From assembly GCA_041946735.1 (NCBI GenBank), contig JBHGAY010000002.1, positions 160,001 to 224,000 on the forward strand: a DNA stretch of 64,000 bases, in the 5' to 3' direction. The translations under genes were made by a program, and so were the position numbers. Source of the DNA: Candidatus Eiseniibacteriota bacterium (GTDB lineage: Bacteria > Eisenbacteria > RBG-16-71-46 > CAIMUX01 > VGJL01). Position 1 is the first letter of the stretch. Every line of letters begins with the position of its first letter. Below, one piece after another: positions 9,315-19,937 of this stretch. The notes beneath the pieces are model-generated. The model worked only from the letters and a program-made list of their open reading frames with translations. It was not told the DNA's origin and searched no databases.

Positions 9315-11606
9315 TCAGCCGCGACGCGGCCCGAGCCCGACCAGGAAGAGCAGCCCCGCGAGCGCCCACTGCCCCAGGCGGAGCATGCGGCGCAATCGGC
9401 TTTCCACGCCCTGCACCACGAGCTTGTGCGGCCCGGCGTCGACGTGCAGCTGGATTCCCCCAAGCGGAGCCGGCTCCCAAGGCCAAGCCCTTCCGTCGAG
9501 CCGGACCTCGGTGAATGGGTAGTCGTTGCGAGCCAGCCGGACCGTCGCGGCGCCGACGTCCGGCAGGTCCACCTCGAGCCGGTTGGGCAGGACGACGGCG
9601 CGCGCGTCGGCCACAGGACTCGGCCGCGCCTGCTCGAGCCACGCGATCTGCTCCTCGACGAGACGTCGCGCGTCCGCGGCCGGAAGTCCCTCCACGCCGA
9701 GCGGAATCTCCGGAATCGGGGGAGGCGGAGGTCCCCCCGGCTGCAGAACCGACACGATCGAAGCGTGCTCGACCCGGTACGCCGGAACGTCCGGGTCGAG
9801 GACGAAGCCCCGGGAACCGATCCCAGCCAGCGTCGCCGGCCCGGTCGGGCGGCTGAGCACGACGTAACGGACTCCGTGGAAAGCGAGGAGGTCGAGCAGC
9901 GGCGGCTCCGGGGACCGGCCGGCCGCGAGCGCCTGCGCGAGCGTGTCCGCGAGCACCGCGGCGTAGGCGAAACTCCGGGGCGCCCCCTGGATGAACGGCC
10001 CTCCCACGCTCGGCACAGGCCGCGTCGGCGCGAACTCCCACAGGCTCGCGTGCGGCCTGCCTTCGACGTCGACGGGCAGCTCGAGGAAGCGTCCGTTCGT
10101 CAACCGTCCCTGGAGCGCCGCATAGACCCGGTCGCGCCCCTCCCCGTGAGTTCCGTAGGTGGTGACCATCTGCAGCGGCGCAAGGTCGAGGAGGACGACC
10201 AGGATCGTCAGCGGGAAGACGATCCGCCGTGGCAGGAGAATCTGGCGGGAGCCGGGCGCCCGCCTCACGATGCCCGCCGCGCTCAGACATCCGCCGAAGA
10301 GGACGAGGTCGAGGCCGCGCCCCGCGGGACGGACGAGCAGCCACGGCACGACGAGCAGGATCGCCAGCGGAATCGCTCCGATCCCCCTTGCGCCCGCCTT
10401 TCGGTCGAAGGCGGCGCGCACGATCCCCCCGATGGCGAGGAGGCCGGTGGAGAGGCCGAGATACCCCTTGCCGTAGGGGTTCCAGCGAAACGCATCGACG
10501 ATCTCGCCGAGGCGCGGGGCCGCAACGCGGAGGCCCGCCCAGCTGGCGGGAATGGGATTGCTGAGGAGCGCCTCCTCCCGGGCGAGCGGGACGATGAATG
10601 CGGCAGCCAGCAATCCTCCGCCGACGGTGCCGACGAGAAGGCCGGCGATCGAGGGGGCGCGCTCGCCCCGCGTCGCGGCCGTCGAGACGACGCGCAGGAT
10701 GCCGAAGGTTCCGAGGAGCACGAGCGCGAGCCGCGCCTCGCCGGTATGCGCGAGCACCAGGGCGCCGATCGAAAGCGCGAGCGCGGCGCCCGAGCGGATG
10801 CTGCCGATCCCGGTCGACACACGGTCGGCCACGAGGAAGCTCCAGGGCAGGATTGCTAGAACGAGAAGCCCGGGGAGCCGGCCGTCCCAGACCCAGGCGG
10901 CATGAAAGGCGGGGGCGAGGCCGTAGAGCAGCCCGCCGAGGAGTCCCGACCGCGGGTCGCGATGCAGGCGAGCGCAGAGCAGCGCCGCTCCCGCGCTGCC
11001 GGCAACGAGACACAGCCAGGCGAGAACCTTGGCCGCGGTCGCCGGGTCGAAGCGGAGGAAGCCGAGCAGCGCGAGCAGGATGTGCGCGAGGGGCGGGTAG
11101 TGCTGGCCGGCCGGGAATCCGTCGAACCAGAGATCGCTCCATCGCGGGAAGCTGCTCGCCCGGATCGACTCCTCCCACAGCCAGCCGCGCGCAATGTGCG
11201 TCTTCGCGTCGCCGAGCGTCGGCACCCCGCCCGAAAGGAGCGCCGCGGAGAGCACGCCGACGGCGACCAGCACGATCGCAGCGAGCATGCTCTTGCGCTG
11301 GATGAGACGGTCGGCCATCGGTCCGAACCCACCGCCGCTTCGAACCCACACGACGAAGAGGACGAAGCCCACGAACAGAGCGCCCGCGCCCACCACGGCG
11401 GGAAGGAGGATCCGCGGCGGGAGAGGCCAGAAGACGTCGACGCCCAACGTGCCGCCGGCGAGAAGCGTGTCGGCGGAGATCTGCCGCAGAAACGGCACGA
11501 CCTGCAGGGCCAGGAGCAGCCAGCCCGCCGAGAGAAAGGCGATCGGTGCGACACCCGTGACCGGGTGTCCGAGGATCGAGAGGACTCGCGGCGGCCGCTC
11601 GCTCAT
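9315..11606 (-). CDS. Polytopic membrane protein, PTPS-related/YfhO-like GT-C fold
   Basis: Many TM segments; GDAKTH...PRWSDLWFDGFPAGQHYPPL motif; extracellular C-terminal domain ending in a TM helix. Confidence 0.65.
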   Translation of the reverse strand: MSERPPRVLSILGHPVTGVAPIAFLSAGWLLLALQVVPFLRQISADTLLAGGTLGVDVFWPLPPRILLPAVVGAGALFVGFVLFVVWVRSGGGFGPMADRLIQRKSMLAAIVLVAVGVLSAALLSGGVPTLGDAKTHIARGWLWEESIRASSFPRWSDLWFDGFPAGQHYPPLAHILLALLGFLRFDPATAAKVLAWLCLVAGSAGAALLCARLHRDPRSGLLGGLLYGLAPAFHAAWVWDGRLPGLLVLAILPWSFLVADRVSTGIGSIRSGAALALSIGALVLAHTGEARLALVLLGTFGILRVVSTAATRGERAPSIAGLLVGTVGGGLLAAAFIVPLAREEALLSNPIPASWAGLRVAAPRLGEIVDAFRWNPYGKGYLGLSTGLLAIGGIVRAAFDRKAGARGIGAIPLAILLVVPWLLVRPAGRGLDLVLFGGCLSAAGIVRRAPGSRQILLPRRIVFPLTILVVLLDLAPLQMVTTYGTHGEGRDRVYAALQGRLTNGRFLELPVDVEGRPHASLWEFAPTRPVPSVGGPFIQGAPRSFAYAAVLADTLAQALAAGRSPEPPLLDLLAFHGVRYVVLSRPTGPATLAGIGSRGFVLDPDVPAYRVEHASIVSVLQPGGPPPPPIPEIPLGVEGLPAADARRLVEEQIAWLEQARPSPVADARAVVLPNRLEVDLPDVGAATVRLARNDYPFTEVRLDGRAWPWEPAPLGGIQLHVDAGPHKLVVQGVESRLRRMLRLGQWALAGLLFLVGLGPRRG

Positions 11607-11611
11607 CCCCT

Positions 11612-13822
11612 CTATCCTGCCCTCTTCAAGAGCGGCAGAACCTGGTCCGCGGAACGGAACCCGAAGAAGCGCTCGATCTCGTTGCCGTCCCCATCGAGGA
11701 CGATCACCGTGGGCAATCCACTCACCTTCCAGCGCTCGCCCAGCGCCTGGTTCTCCGGCGATTTGCGCGTCATGTCGAGGCGCAGCGGGACGAATCGCTC
11801 CAGCTCGGCGACGACGGTCGGATGGCTCCAGGTCTTCTCGTCCAGCTCCTTGCAGGCGGCGCACCACTCGGCCGAGAAGTCGAGCAGCATCGGGCGGCCG
11901 TGCGCGCGCGCCTCGTCGAGCGCGGCCGTCTCGTCCGTCCGCCAGCTCGGCTCGGCGGAGCCGCCCGTGCCTGCGCCCGGCGAGCGGCCGGCCGCGACCA
12001 TCGCTGTTCCGGCCGGCGCCTGCCAGCCGTAGTGCCGCATCAGCCCGTTGCCCATCATGGCGATGCCGAGGACGGCGACGACGACGCCGATGCCCTTCTT
12101 CCACGAGGCGCCCTTGCCGCCATCCTCGCGGATCGGCGAGAAGGCGCCGATGTGGGTTGCGAAGAGGATCAGGAGCGCGCCGAAGGCGATCGCCGTCCCG
12201 TTGGGACCGAGCAGCGTGCGGAGGTAGTAGAGGGCGAGCGCGAAGAAGATCCAGCCGAAGTAGTGCTTCACCGTCTCCATCCATCCGCCCGCTCTCGGAA
12301 GCGCGCGCATCGCGCCGACGAAGGTGCCGAGGACGAGGAAGAGGAGCCCCAGGCCGAGGGCGAAGGTGAAGAGGAGGCCGAAGCCGTAGAACGGCCGGCC
12401 GACCTGCGCGACCCAGGTGAGCAGGACGACCAACACCGGGCCGACGCAGGGCGAAGCGACCAGGCCGGTCACGCCGCCCATGATCACCGCGCCGATCCAG
12501 CCGCCGCGGCGCGCCGTCTGCAGTTTGGTCTGGAAGCCGGAGGGGAGCGAGAGGTCGAACGCTCCCATCATCGAGGCGCCCATGAGAAGGAAGACGGCTG
12601 CGACGACGACGAGCGCGGGCGTGCTCTGGAGCGCCGCGCCGAAAATCCCGCCGCTCATGGCGGCGGCGAGGCCGAGCGCCGAGTAGACGATGGCGATCCC
12701 TAGGACGAAGAAGAGCGAGAGGACGAAACCGGAGAGCCGGCCGCGGCTCGCGCCCGCAACGTAGCCGATCGTGATCGGGATCATCGGATAGACGCACGGC
12801 GTGAAGGAGGTGAGGAAGCCGGCGAAGAAGACGAGCAGGAGGGCGACCCAGGATCCGCGCGCGAGCGCGCTGCGCAGTTTCGCGGCGAGCCCTTCCTGCA
12901 AGCCTTGACCGCCTTGGCCGCCTTGGCCGCCTTGGCCGGCGGCAGCCTCTTCGCCGGAGGAGGATGCAGAGGAGACGCCGCCCTCCGCCGGAGTCGCGCC
13001 GCCGGCCGGGCTCTGCTCGAGCCAGGCGCCTTCCCCTGCGGGAGCGGTCGCCGGCGAAGCTTCGTTGTCTTCGGTTGCTCCCTCCGGGGCCGCGACACTT
13101 TCCGAGGCGCCGGACGGCTGCTCGGTCTCGGCGCTCGCCTTCTTCGACGAGGCGGGAAAGAGCGAGGCGTTCTGCGGCGAGATCTTCGCGCCGGCCTCGA
13201 CGACCGCGAGCGCCAGCGTGATGTCGCTCTCCTCCGGCGGCCAGCAGGCATAGACCGGCCGCTCGGAGCAAGCCTGGAATCCGGCGTGGATCTTCAGCGT
13301 GCGCGGACCGGGCGAAGTCCCGGAGGGGATCGTGAGGTCGTAGAGAACGACGACCTTTCCGGTGAGGACCGGCTCGCCTTCCCAGGTCTTCGCCACGGGA
13401 AGCGCCGGGGCGGAGAGCGTGAACTTCTCCCCCTCGGCCGGCTGGGCGAACAGGAAGTCGTTGACCTGGATGTGGTAGTCCGGGGGCAGGTCGTAGACGA
13501 CCGCGATCTTCAGCGGCTTGCCGGGGACCGCGCCGTCCTGGCTCGCGAGCGCCTGGATCGGCACCTGCGGCGGACCGTCCGCTTCTCCTCCCTCGATGGC
13601 GGCAGCGGGTCCGATCCCGGCCAAGGCGAGGAGGAACAGGGCCAGGAGCGCGAGGATTGCGGCGGGCGTGCCGCTGGGAGCGATGGCGCCGATCGCGACG
13701 CCCCGGCGTCCTTCGCCGCCGGCGGGTCGTCCTCTTCCGGCGGGTCCTCGTCCTCTGCCGTTGCGTCGACTGGTTGGGTTGAAGCTAGCGAGGCCGTAGC
13801 TCCCCCCGATCCTCCGCATCAC
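11612..13822 (-). CDS. dsbD: Thiol:disulfide interchange protein DsbD
   Basis: N-terminal Cys pair (QACSE...ACWPP), TM Cys motifs FTPCVYP and ASPCVGP, C-terminal thioredoxin WCAAC. Start position uncertain. Confidence 0.9.
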   Translation of the reverse strand: MMRRIGGSYGLASFNPTSRRNGRGRGPAGRGRPAGGEGRRGVAIGAIAPSGTPAAILALLALFLLALAGIGPAAAIEGGEADGPPQVPIQALASQDGAVPGKPLKIAVVYDLPPDYHIQVNDFLFAQPAEGEKFTLSAPALPVAKTWEGEPVLTGKVVVLYDLTIPSGTSPGPRTLKIHAGFQACSERPVYACWPPEESDITLALAVVEAGAKISPQNASLFPASSKKASAETEQPSGASESVAAPEGATEDNEASPATAPAGEGAWLEQSPAGGATPAEGGVSSASSSGEEAAAGQGGQGGQGGQGLQEGLAAKLRSALARGSWVALLLVFFAGFLTSFTPCVYPMIPITIGYVAGASRGRLSGFVLSLFFVLGIAIVYSALGLAAAMSGGIFGAALQSTPALVVVAAVFLLMGASMMGAFDLSLPSGFQTKLQTARRGGWIGAVIMGGVTGLVASPCVGPVLVVLLTWVAQVGRPFYGFGLLFTFALGLGLLFLVLGTFVGAMRALPRAGGWMETVKHYFGWIFFALALYYLRTLLGPNGTAIAFGALLILFATHIGAFSPIREDGGKGASWKKGIGVVVAVLGIAMMGNGLMRHYGWQAPAGTAMVAAGRSPGAGTGGSAEPSWRTDETAALDEARAHGRPMLLDFSAEWCAACKELDEKTWSHPTVVAELERFVPLRLDMTRKSPENQALGERWKVSGLPTVIVLDGDGNEIERFFGFRSADQVLPLLKRAG

Positions 13823-14006
13823 GATCCTCCCTTCCGATCCGGGTCCCGCGCGGCGCCGGCCCGACCCTCCGTCCCCACTCCATCCCGACTCGCGGCGGCG
13901 GCCGGTCGTATTCTACGTTCGTCTTGCGCGTTCGTCATCGACTAGGTTGTCGGTCGCAGCTCTTGCTCCCCGCCCGCAAGCCGGTCGCTGCAAGCCCGTT
14001 CCGGCG

Positions 14007-15302
14007 TCAGGCCGGCTCGTCCTCCCAGGCTGCCGTCACGCCGATCGGCGCATGGTCCGACGCCCTGGTGCCCTCGGGACCCAACGAAACGCCGGTCCAG
14101 GCGGCGGAGCCCGCCGGAGAGCCGGACAGGTCGGCCGGGGCGGCCGGCGCAGCCTCCGCAGCCGCCGCCACCGCGGCCGGCGCGGGTCGCCAGGGACCCC
14201 GGGCGGCGATCCAGTCCAGCCGCATCCGAAGGACTTTGCTCTCGAGGGAGAACGCTCGCCGGAAGCGGTCGCGGAGCGGCGCCGGCAGCTGCTCGAGCTC
14301 CTCGACTCTCGACAGGACCTCCCGAACGGTCGGTTGCCGGTCGTTCCAAGGACCGAGATGGAAGCCGGACCGGGCAAGAACACGCAGCAGCGGCTCTCGC
14401 TCCCATGGATCGAGCAGCAAAGCCTCGAAGGCCGCGGGATCGGTGCGGCGCAGGCGTAGGAATTCGAGCGCCGAGGCGAGACGTCCCCCGCGACGGAAGG
14501 TGTGCGTATTCCAATCGCCGGTGAGCCAGGCCGGCCCGGCCGGGAGGGCCGCGACGGCGGCCGCGATCTGGGCGGCGCGCTGGCGAGGAGTCGAGCGCAC
14601 CTCGAGATGGGTCGTGGCGAGACGGAAGTCGCCGCGAGGATGGCGGACGGTCGCCCAGAGCACCTTGCGGACTCCGTAGCGTTTCTCGAGCGGGAAGCGG
14701 AAGTAGTCGAAGATCTCGGGCATCGCGGCGAAGCCGGCGTCGGCGAGGGGCCATCGGGAGAGCAGAGCGATGCCGTGGAGGCCGATCGCGTTCTCGCCCG
14801 GCGCTTCGCCGTCCGGTCCAGGTCCCTTGGTCAGCTCGAGGTAGTTCGCCACGAACGCGGAGTACAGACCGAGCCTCTGCCCGAGCTCGCGCGCGACGTC
14901 GCGGTTGGCAACGCGAGCCGTGCCGAGGTCGGCCTCGTTCAGAGTCCAGAGATCCGCGCCGCGCAGCTGCGGCGTCGTCTCGACCGCCTCGACGAGCCGG
15001 TCCCACGCCTTCCCTTGCTCGACGTTCCATTGGACGATACGGAGGATGCGCTCGGAAGCGGCGCCGCGTGCAGCGCCGTCGCGCGGCGCGGGTGGCGGCG
15101 CAGGCGGCCGCGGCGGAGCATGGAGACGGATCTTGCCGACCCAAGCGTCGAGCGCCGCGCCATGGCGGCGGTGGAAGGAGGACCGGCGGAAGCTCGCGAA
15201 GTCAGGCGCGGCGCGAAGGGCCGCCAGCGCCTCGCCAAGATCGAAGTCCGCCGGGAGATCGGCGGCTCGATCCGGATCAGAAGAAGTCGGGAAGCTTCCC
15301 AC
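14007..15302 (-). CDS. Endonuclease/exonuclease/phosphatase family protein
   Basis: QWNVE, LNEAD, THLE, GDWNT, LDWI, SDHAPI motifs. Start uncertain. Confidence 0.85.
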   Translation of the reverse strand: MGSFPTSSDPDRAADLPADFDLGEALAALRAAPDFASFRRSSFHRRHGAALDAWVGKIRLHAPPRPPAPPPAPRDGAARGAASERILRIVQWNVEQGKAWDRLVEAVETTPQLRGADLWTLNEADLGTARVANRDVARELGQRLGLYSAFVANYLELTKGPGPDGEAPGENAIGLHGIALLSRWPLADAGFAAMPEIFDYFRFPLEKRYGVRKVLWATVRHPRGDFRLATTHLEVRSTPRQRAAQIAAAVAALPAGPAWLTGDWNTHTFRRGGRLASALEFLRLRRTDPAAFEALLLDPWEREPLLRVLARSGFHLGPWNDRQPTVREVLSRVEELEQLPAPLRDRFRRAFSLESKVLRMRLDWIAARGPWRPAPAAVAAAAEAAPAAPADLSGSPAGSAAWTGVSLGPEGTRASDHAPIGVTAAWEDEPA

Positions 15303-15684
15303 GCTCGCGCCGGCCGGCTCCGTTTTCGAGAAGGACAGCGGCCGTACGGTCCCCAAGATCGAACGCCGCCTCGACCGTCCCTGCGACGCGCGTCCGCTTG
15401 CCTCTCGGCGGAGCTTCGCGAGGCGTGAGGACGAGGAGGCTCTCCCCGTCGTCGGCGAGGAGGAATCCGCGGCTGCCCACCTCCGGGAGCCATCCGCTCC
15501 ACACCACCTCGCCGCGCACCGTCACGTCGCGCGCCTGGTAGCGGAACGGATCGCGCGCGACGCGCGAGGCGGGCAGGCTGCAGCCGGCGAGCAGCGCCGT
15601 TCCGGCGACGAGGAGGAGCATGCCGCGAGCGCATCCCGCGCGGCGGCGGGCGAGCGGGAGGCTTGGCGTGTCCACGCGCTTCAC
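15277..15684 (-). CDS. Putative lipoprotein with OB-fold-like domain
   Basis: Lipobox LLAGC; DPFRYQARDVTVRGEV...VAGTV beta pattern; coupled to the upstream gene. Confidence 0.6.
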   Translation of the reverse strand: MKRVDTPSLPLARRRAGCARGMLLLVAGTALLAGCSLPASRVARDPFRYQARDVTVRGEVVWSGWLPEVGSRGFLLADDGESLLVLTPREAPPRGKRTRVAGTVEAAFDLGDRTAAVLLENGAGRRERGKLPDFF

Positions 15685-16931
15685 GATCCGCTCGTCCCGG
15701 CGAGCCTCTCCCGCTCACGGCAGAGAGCGGAGAGGCAGGTCGAGGTCGGCCCGTAGATCGCCTCGGGGCGCGCTTGAGCTTCGCCGCCGCCGGGCTGCGG
15801 GAACGAGCCGTCGGGCGACTGGCGGTCGAGCATCGTGCGCAACGCCTCGCGATATCCGTAGCAGCCGGTCATCCCGGCAAGGCAAAGAGCGTTCGCGAGA
15901 TTCCCCGACATCTCGGCGTCCTGGAAGATCGTGTAGGTCAGCGACCAGAACGGGAGGACGCGGCGTAGGTAGGCCGACTCGGCCTCGGTGAACGGCTGCG
16001 CCGGACGCTCGTCGATCCCGGCGCGCGCGAGCACCTCCTGCGCGAGCGAAAGGACGTCCGCGCGCGAAGTCTCGACCTCGCGAGGACGGCGCAGGAGGAC
16101 GGAGCCGGCGGCCGGCGCCAAGGCGGAGGCGCCATCGCTGCCATCGCGCTCGCCCCCGGCAGCGCCAGCAGCGCCAGCGGCGCCAGCAGCGCCAGCGGCG
16201 CCAGCGGCGCCTCCGTCGCTGCGGGACCCGCCGGCGCCCCCGGCGACGCCGAGTCCCGCCGCGGCGAATCCTGCGCGATAGAGCGACGCCATCCCGGGAG
16301 GCATGCGGTCGAGCTGCGTGAGGATCGTGGGGACGAGCGGCTCGAGGACCGGAACGATCGGCGCGATGTCGACTCCGCACTGGCGGCAGCGGACCGCGAC
16401 GAGAAGAACCTCCCACGATCCCTGGAGATTGCGCTGCTGCCGGATCGCGGCGGAAAGACGCGTGGGATCGACGAAAGGACGGAGCCGCTGGAGCAGCCGC
16501 TCCCTTCGGCGCGCGGCGTCGGGTCCTCCCGCTTGCGCGAGCCGGTAGCGGGCTTCGATCTCCAAGGCGTAGATGCGCAGCCCGTTCGTCCCGCCTCCGG
16601 TGAAGAGACCGACCTCGTGCGCGTCCATCCAGGTCTCGGCGCGGGCGAGGGCGGGATCGAGCGCGTCGATGCCGGGCGCCGGATCGGGGTCGGGCAACGA
16701 GGCGCCGGATTCGCGGAGAGCGCCCGCGCGACGCTCGTCGCCGGTCGGACCCTGCCCGTCTGCGCCCGGCAGGCCGCGGGTCGCGTCGGCGATCGCGGCG
16801 GCGCGGCGCGACGCTTCGACGTTGTGGCGCACCGCGCGCGCCCCGAGGAGGATCGCGACGGGGACGGCGACCACGACGAGACCGACGAGAAAGCCGAACC
16901 ACGGGGCGCGGGTGAGCGGTTTCCCAGACAT
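15681..16931 (-). CDS. Membrane-anchored hypothetical protein with C-terminal QxxDGS-type (alpha/alpha toroid) motif
   Basis: N-terminal TM helix, internal (Gly-Ala-Ala)n repeat, LLDRQSPDGSF near the C-terminus. Confidence 0.6.
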   Translation of the reverse strand: MSGKPLTRAPWFGFLVGLVVVAVPVAILLGARAVRHNVEASRRAAAIADATRGLPGADGQGPTGDERRAGALRESGASLPDPDPAPGIDALDPALARAETWMDAHEVGLFTGGGTNGLRIYALEIEARYRLAQAGGPDAARRRERLLQRLRPFVDPTRLSAAIRQQRNLQGSWEVLLVAVRCRQCGVDIAPIVPVLEPLVPTILTQLDRMPPGMASLYRAGFAAAGLGVAGGAGGSRSDGGAAGAAGAAGAAGAAGAAGGERDGSDGASALAPAAGSVLLRRPREVETSRADVLSLAQEVLARAGIDERPAQPFTEAESAYLRRVLPFWSLTYTIFQDAEMSGNLANALCLAGMTGCYGYREALRTMLDRQSPDGSFPQPGGGEAQARPEAIYGPTSTCLSALCRERERLAGTSGS

Positions 16932-17025
16932 CGACGGTTCAGGCTACCCGCAGTCCCGAATGGGATCAATCCGATCGATCCGCCCGCGAAGGTGCCGGAG
17001 CGGGATGTTAGGATCGAGATCTGCC

Positions 17026-19935
17026 ATGAAGTCCTGCATCTTGCGCGGGGTGCGCACCCACAATCTCAAGGGAATCGACGTCGAGGTCCCGTTCGGGAAA
17101 CTGACGGCGGTGACCGGCGTCTCGGGTTCCGGCAAGTCGAGCCTCGTATTCGACACGATCTACGCCGAAGGGCAGCGGCGATTCGTCGACTGCCTCTCGA
17201 CGTACGCGCGCCAGTTCCTCGAGAGGCTCGACCGGCCCGACGCGGACTTCATCGGTCACCTCGAACCGCCCGTGTCGCTCGCGCAGGCGGCCTCGGTCCG
17301 CAACGCCCGCTCCACCGTGGGGACGATGAGCGAGTTGAGCGACGCGCTGCACCTGCTCTTCGCCCACGCGGGCGAGGCGCACTGTCCCGGGTGCGGGGCG
17401 CCGCTCGCCCGCCTCTCGGTCGAGCGGGCCGTGGAGTCGATCCTTGCGCGGGCCGCCGCCGAGAAGCTGTGCCTTACGGCGCCGGTCGGGGTGGCCCGCG
17501 ATCGCGAAGCGGCGGGCGGAGCGGCGACGCCGGTCGTGCCCTCGCTCCTCCAGCAGGGGTACACCCGGGTGCTGATCGACGGGCGGCTGCGCGACTGGCC
17601 GGACGAATGGGTCACCGAAGCGCCGGCGAAGGCCTTAGCGGGCGAAGGCGGCGGATTGCCGGTCGATTTCACCATCCCCGATCGATTCGAAGTGGTCGTC
17701 GACCGTTTCGCGGGACGGTCGGCGGTGTCGCGATCGCGGATCGAGGAGTCAGTCCGGGGCGCCTGGGAGATCGGGCGCGGCGAGGCGATCCTCTACTGCA
17801 TCGACGCGGACGGCGAAAGCGCGCGGGAGGTGGCGAGGCTTCGCGAAGGGACCTCGTGCCCGAACTGCGGCATGCCGGCGGAGGCGCTCCGCCCGCAGCT
17901 CTTCTCGCCGAACACCGCGCTCGGGGCATGCCCGGATTGCGAGGGGTTCGGCCGAACGATCACGATCGATCCGGACAAGGTCGTCCCCGATCCGCGAAAG
18001 TGTCTCCGCGAGGACGCCGTCGTCCCGTTCCGGATGCCGTCGGCGAGACCGTGGCGCCGCCGGATGCTTCGCGCCGCGGTGGACGAGGGGATTCGCGCCG
18101 ATGTCCCGTGGCGCGACATGACGGAGGCGGAGCGCCGCTGGGTTTTCTCCGGCTCCCCGGCGGCCCGCACCGGCGACCGCCGATTCCCCGGCGTGCTCGC
18201 GTTCTTCCGGCGGCTCGAGCGCAAGCGCTACAGGATGCACGTGCGGATCTTCCTGGCGCGCTTCCGCGGCTACGTTCCGTGCTCGTCGTGCGCAGGCACG
18301 CGCCTGCGCCCGGCGGCGCGTGCCGTGACGATCGACGGGCGCTCGCTACCCGAGATGCAGGCGATGGCGGTCTCCGACCTCCGCCGCTTCTTTGATTCCC
18401 TCGAGCTACCGGCATCGCGTGCGGCGCGGGTCGCGAAGGTCCTCGAGGAGATCCGTTCGCGACTCGCGTGCCTCGACGACGTGGGCCTCGGCTACCTCTC
18501 CCTGGATCGCGCATCGCGCACGCTGAGCGGAGGCGAGACGCAGAGGCTGCGGCTCGCGGCGGCGATCGGCTCCTCGCTGACGAGGACGCTGTACGTCCTC
18601 GACGAGCCGACGGTCGGCCTCCACGCTCGTGATTCCGCGCGCGTGCGCGACGTGCTGCGGTCGATCACCGCCCGCGGGAGCAGCGTCCTCGTCGTCGAGC
18701 ACGACCCGATCGTGATCGAGGGGTCGGATCACTTGATCGTCCTGGGCCCGGAGGGGGGCGAGGCGGGCGGCCACCTCCTCTATCAGGGCCCATCCCCGAT
18801 CTTCCTCGGCGAAAACCGGCACTTCTTCCGCTGCGACCGGCCCGCGGGGCGACTCGACCCGCGCGCGCCGGCGTTGCGGCTGACCGGCGTGCGTCAGCAC
18901 AACGTCGACATCCCTTCGCTGTCCATCCCCCTCGGCGGGATCGTCGTGATCGCCGGCGTCTCGGGATCCGGGAAATCGACCCTGCTCGAGGACGTGCTGT
19001 ATCGCAACCGGCTCCGCTGGGAAGGCAAGGCGGTCGAGGAGGTCGGACGGGTCGCATCGATCGAAGGGTTCGAGGCGATCGAGGAAGCCCTTCTCGTCGG
19101 GCAGGAGCCGCTCGGCCGCTCCGTCCGCTCGAGCCCGGTCACCTTCACCGGCGCCTTCCCGCGCATCCGCGCCCTCCTCGCGGCGACAGCCGGCGCGCGC
19201 GAGCGCCGCCTCACCGCCCGCCACTTCTCCTTCAACGTCCCGGGCGGACGGTGCGAGACCTGCAAAGGGCTCGGGACCGTCCTGCTCGAGATGCACTTCC
19301 TCCCCGACGTGGAGGTCGCGTGCGAGACGTGCGGAGGAAAGCGGTTCCGGCCCGATGTCCTCGAGGTCCGCCACAAGGGGAAGAACATCCTCGGGATCCT
19401 CGAGATGACGGTGGACGAGGCGGCCCTCTTCTTCGCCTCGTCGCCCGCGATCGCCCGCGACCTCGCGCCTCTGCAGCAGGTCGGTCTCGGGTATCTGCGC
19501 CTTGGCCAGCCGACCTCGACGCTTTCGGGAGGCGAGGCGCAGCGTCTCCGTCTCGCCGCCTTCCTCGCCGCTCCCCGGAAAAAGGGACGGCGCCTGCTCC
19601 TCTTCGACGAGCCGACAACCGGTCTCCATGCTCGCGACGTCGCCCGGCTCCTCGACGCCTTCGACGCCCTCGTGGCGCGCGGCGACTCGATTCTCGTCGT
19701 CGAGCATCATCTCGACCTGATCCGAGCGGCGGCGTGGGTGATCGAACTGGGACCCGGGCCCGGCGAGGCAGGCGGCAAGGTCGTCTACGAAGGAGCGCCC
19801 GACGGGCTGCTCGAGCCGGCGATCGGGACGGCGACGGCCAAGGCGTTGCGCGAGCGTACACTTGGCGGCGAGCGAGGCCGCCGGAGCGCTCGTGCGCGGG
19901 GCCTCCCCTCGGACCGCGCGGCCTTCACCGGGTGA
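17026..19935 (+). CDS. uvrA: Excinuclease ABC subunit A (UvrA family)
   Basis: HNLK, GVSGSGKSS, YAEGQRR, two LSGGE signatures, DEPT motifs, multiple CxxC zinc fingers. Confidence 0.92.
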   Translation: MKSCILRGVRTHNLKGIDVEVPFGKLTAVTGVSGSGKSSLVFDTIYAEGQRRFVDCLSTYARQFLERLDRPDADFIGHLEPPVSLAQAASVRNARSTVGTMSELSDALHLLFAHAGEAHCPGCGAPLARLSVERAVESILARAAAEKLCLTAPVGVARDREAAGGAATPVVPSLLQQGYTRVLIDGRLRDWPDEWVTEAPAKALAGEGGGLPVDFTIPDRFEVVVDRFAGRSAVSRSRIEESVRGAWEIGRGEAILYCIDADGESAREVARLREGTSCPNCGMPAEALRPQLFSPNTALGACPDCEGFGRTITIDPDKVVPDPRKCLREDAVVPFRMPSARPWRRRMLRAAVDEGIRADVPWRDMTEAERRWVFSGSPAARTGDRRFPGVLAFFRRLERKRYRMHVRIFLARFRGYVPCSSCAGTRLRPAARAVTIDGRSLPEMQAMAVSDLRRFFDSLELPASRAARVAKVLEEIRSRLACLDDVGLGYLSLDRASRTLSGGETQRLRLAAAIGSSLTRTLYVLDEPTVGLHARDSARVRDVLRSITARGSSVLVVEHDPIVIEGSDHLIVLGPEGGEAGGHLLYQGPSPIFLGENRHFFRCDRPAGRLDPRAPALRLTGVRQHNVDIPSLSIPLGGIVVIAGVSGSGKSTLLEDVLYRNRLRWEGKAVEEVGRVASIEGFEAIEEALLVGQEPLGRSVRSSPVTFTGAFPRIRALLAATAGARERRLTARHFSFNVPGGRCETCKGLGTVLLEMHFLPDVEVACETCGGKRFRPDVLEVRHKGKNILGILEMTVDEAALFFASSPAIARDLAPLQQVGLGYLRLGQPTSTLSGGEAQRLRLAAFLAAPRKKGRRLLLFDEPTTGLHARDVARLLDAFDALVARGDSILVVEHHLDLIRAAAWVIELGPGPGEAGGKVVYEGAPDGLLEPAIGTATAKALRERTLGGERGRRSARARGLPSDRAAFTG

Positions 19936-19937
19936 AC

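Noticed and set aside
9315..13271. 1318-aa ORF as one protein
   Set aside because: The N-terminal half is an alternative frame over dsbD; the real start is 11606
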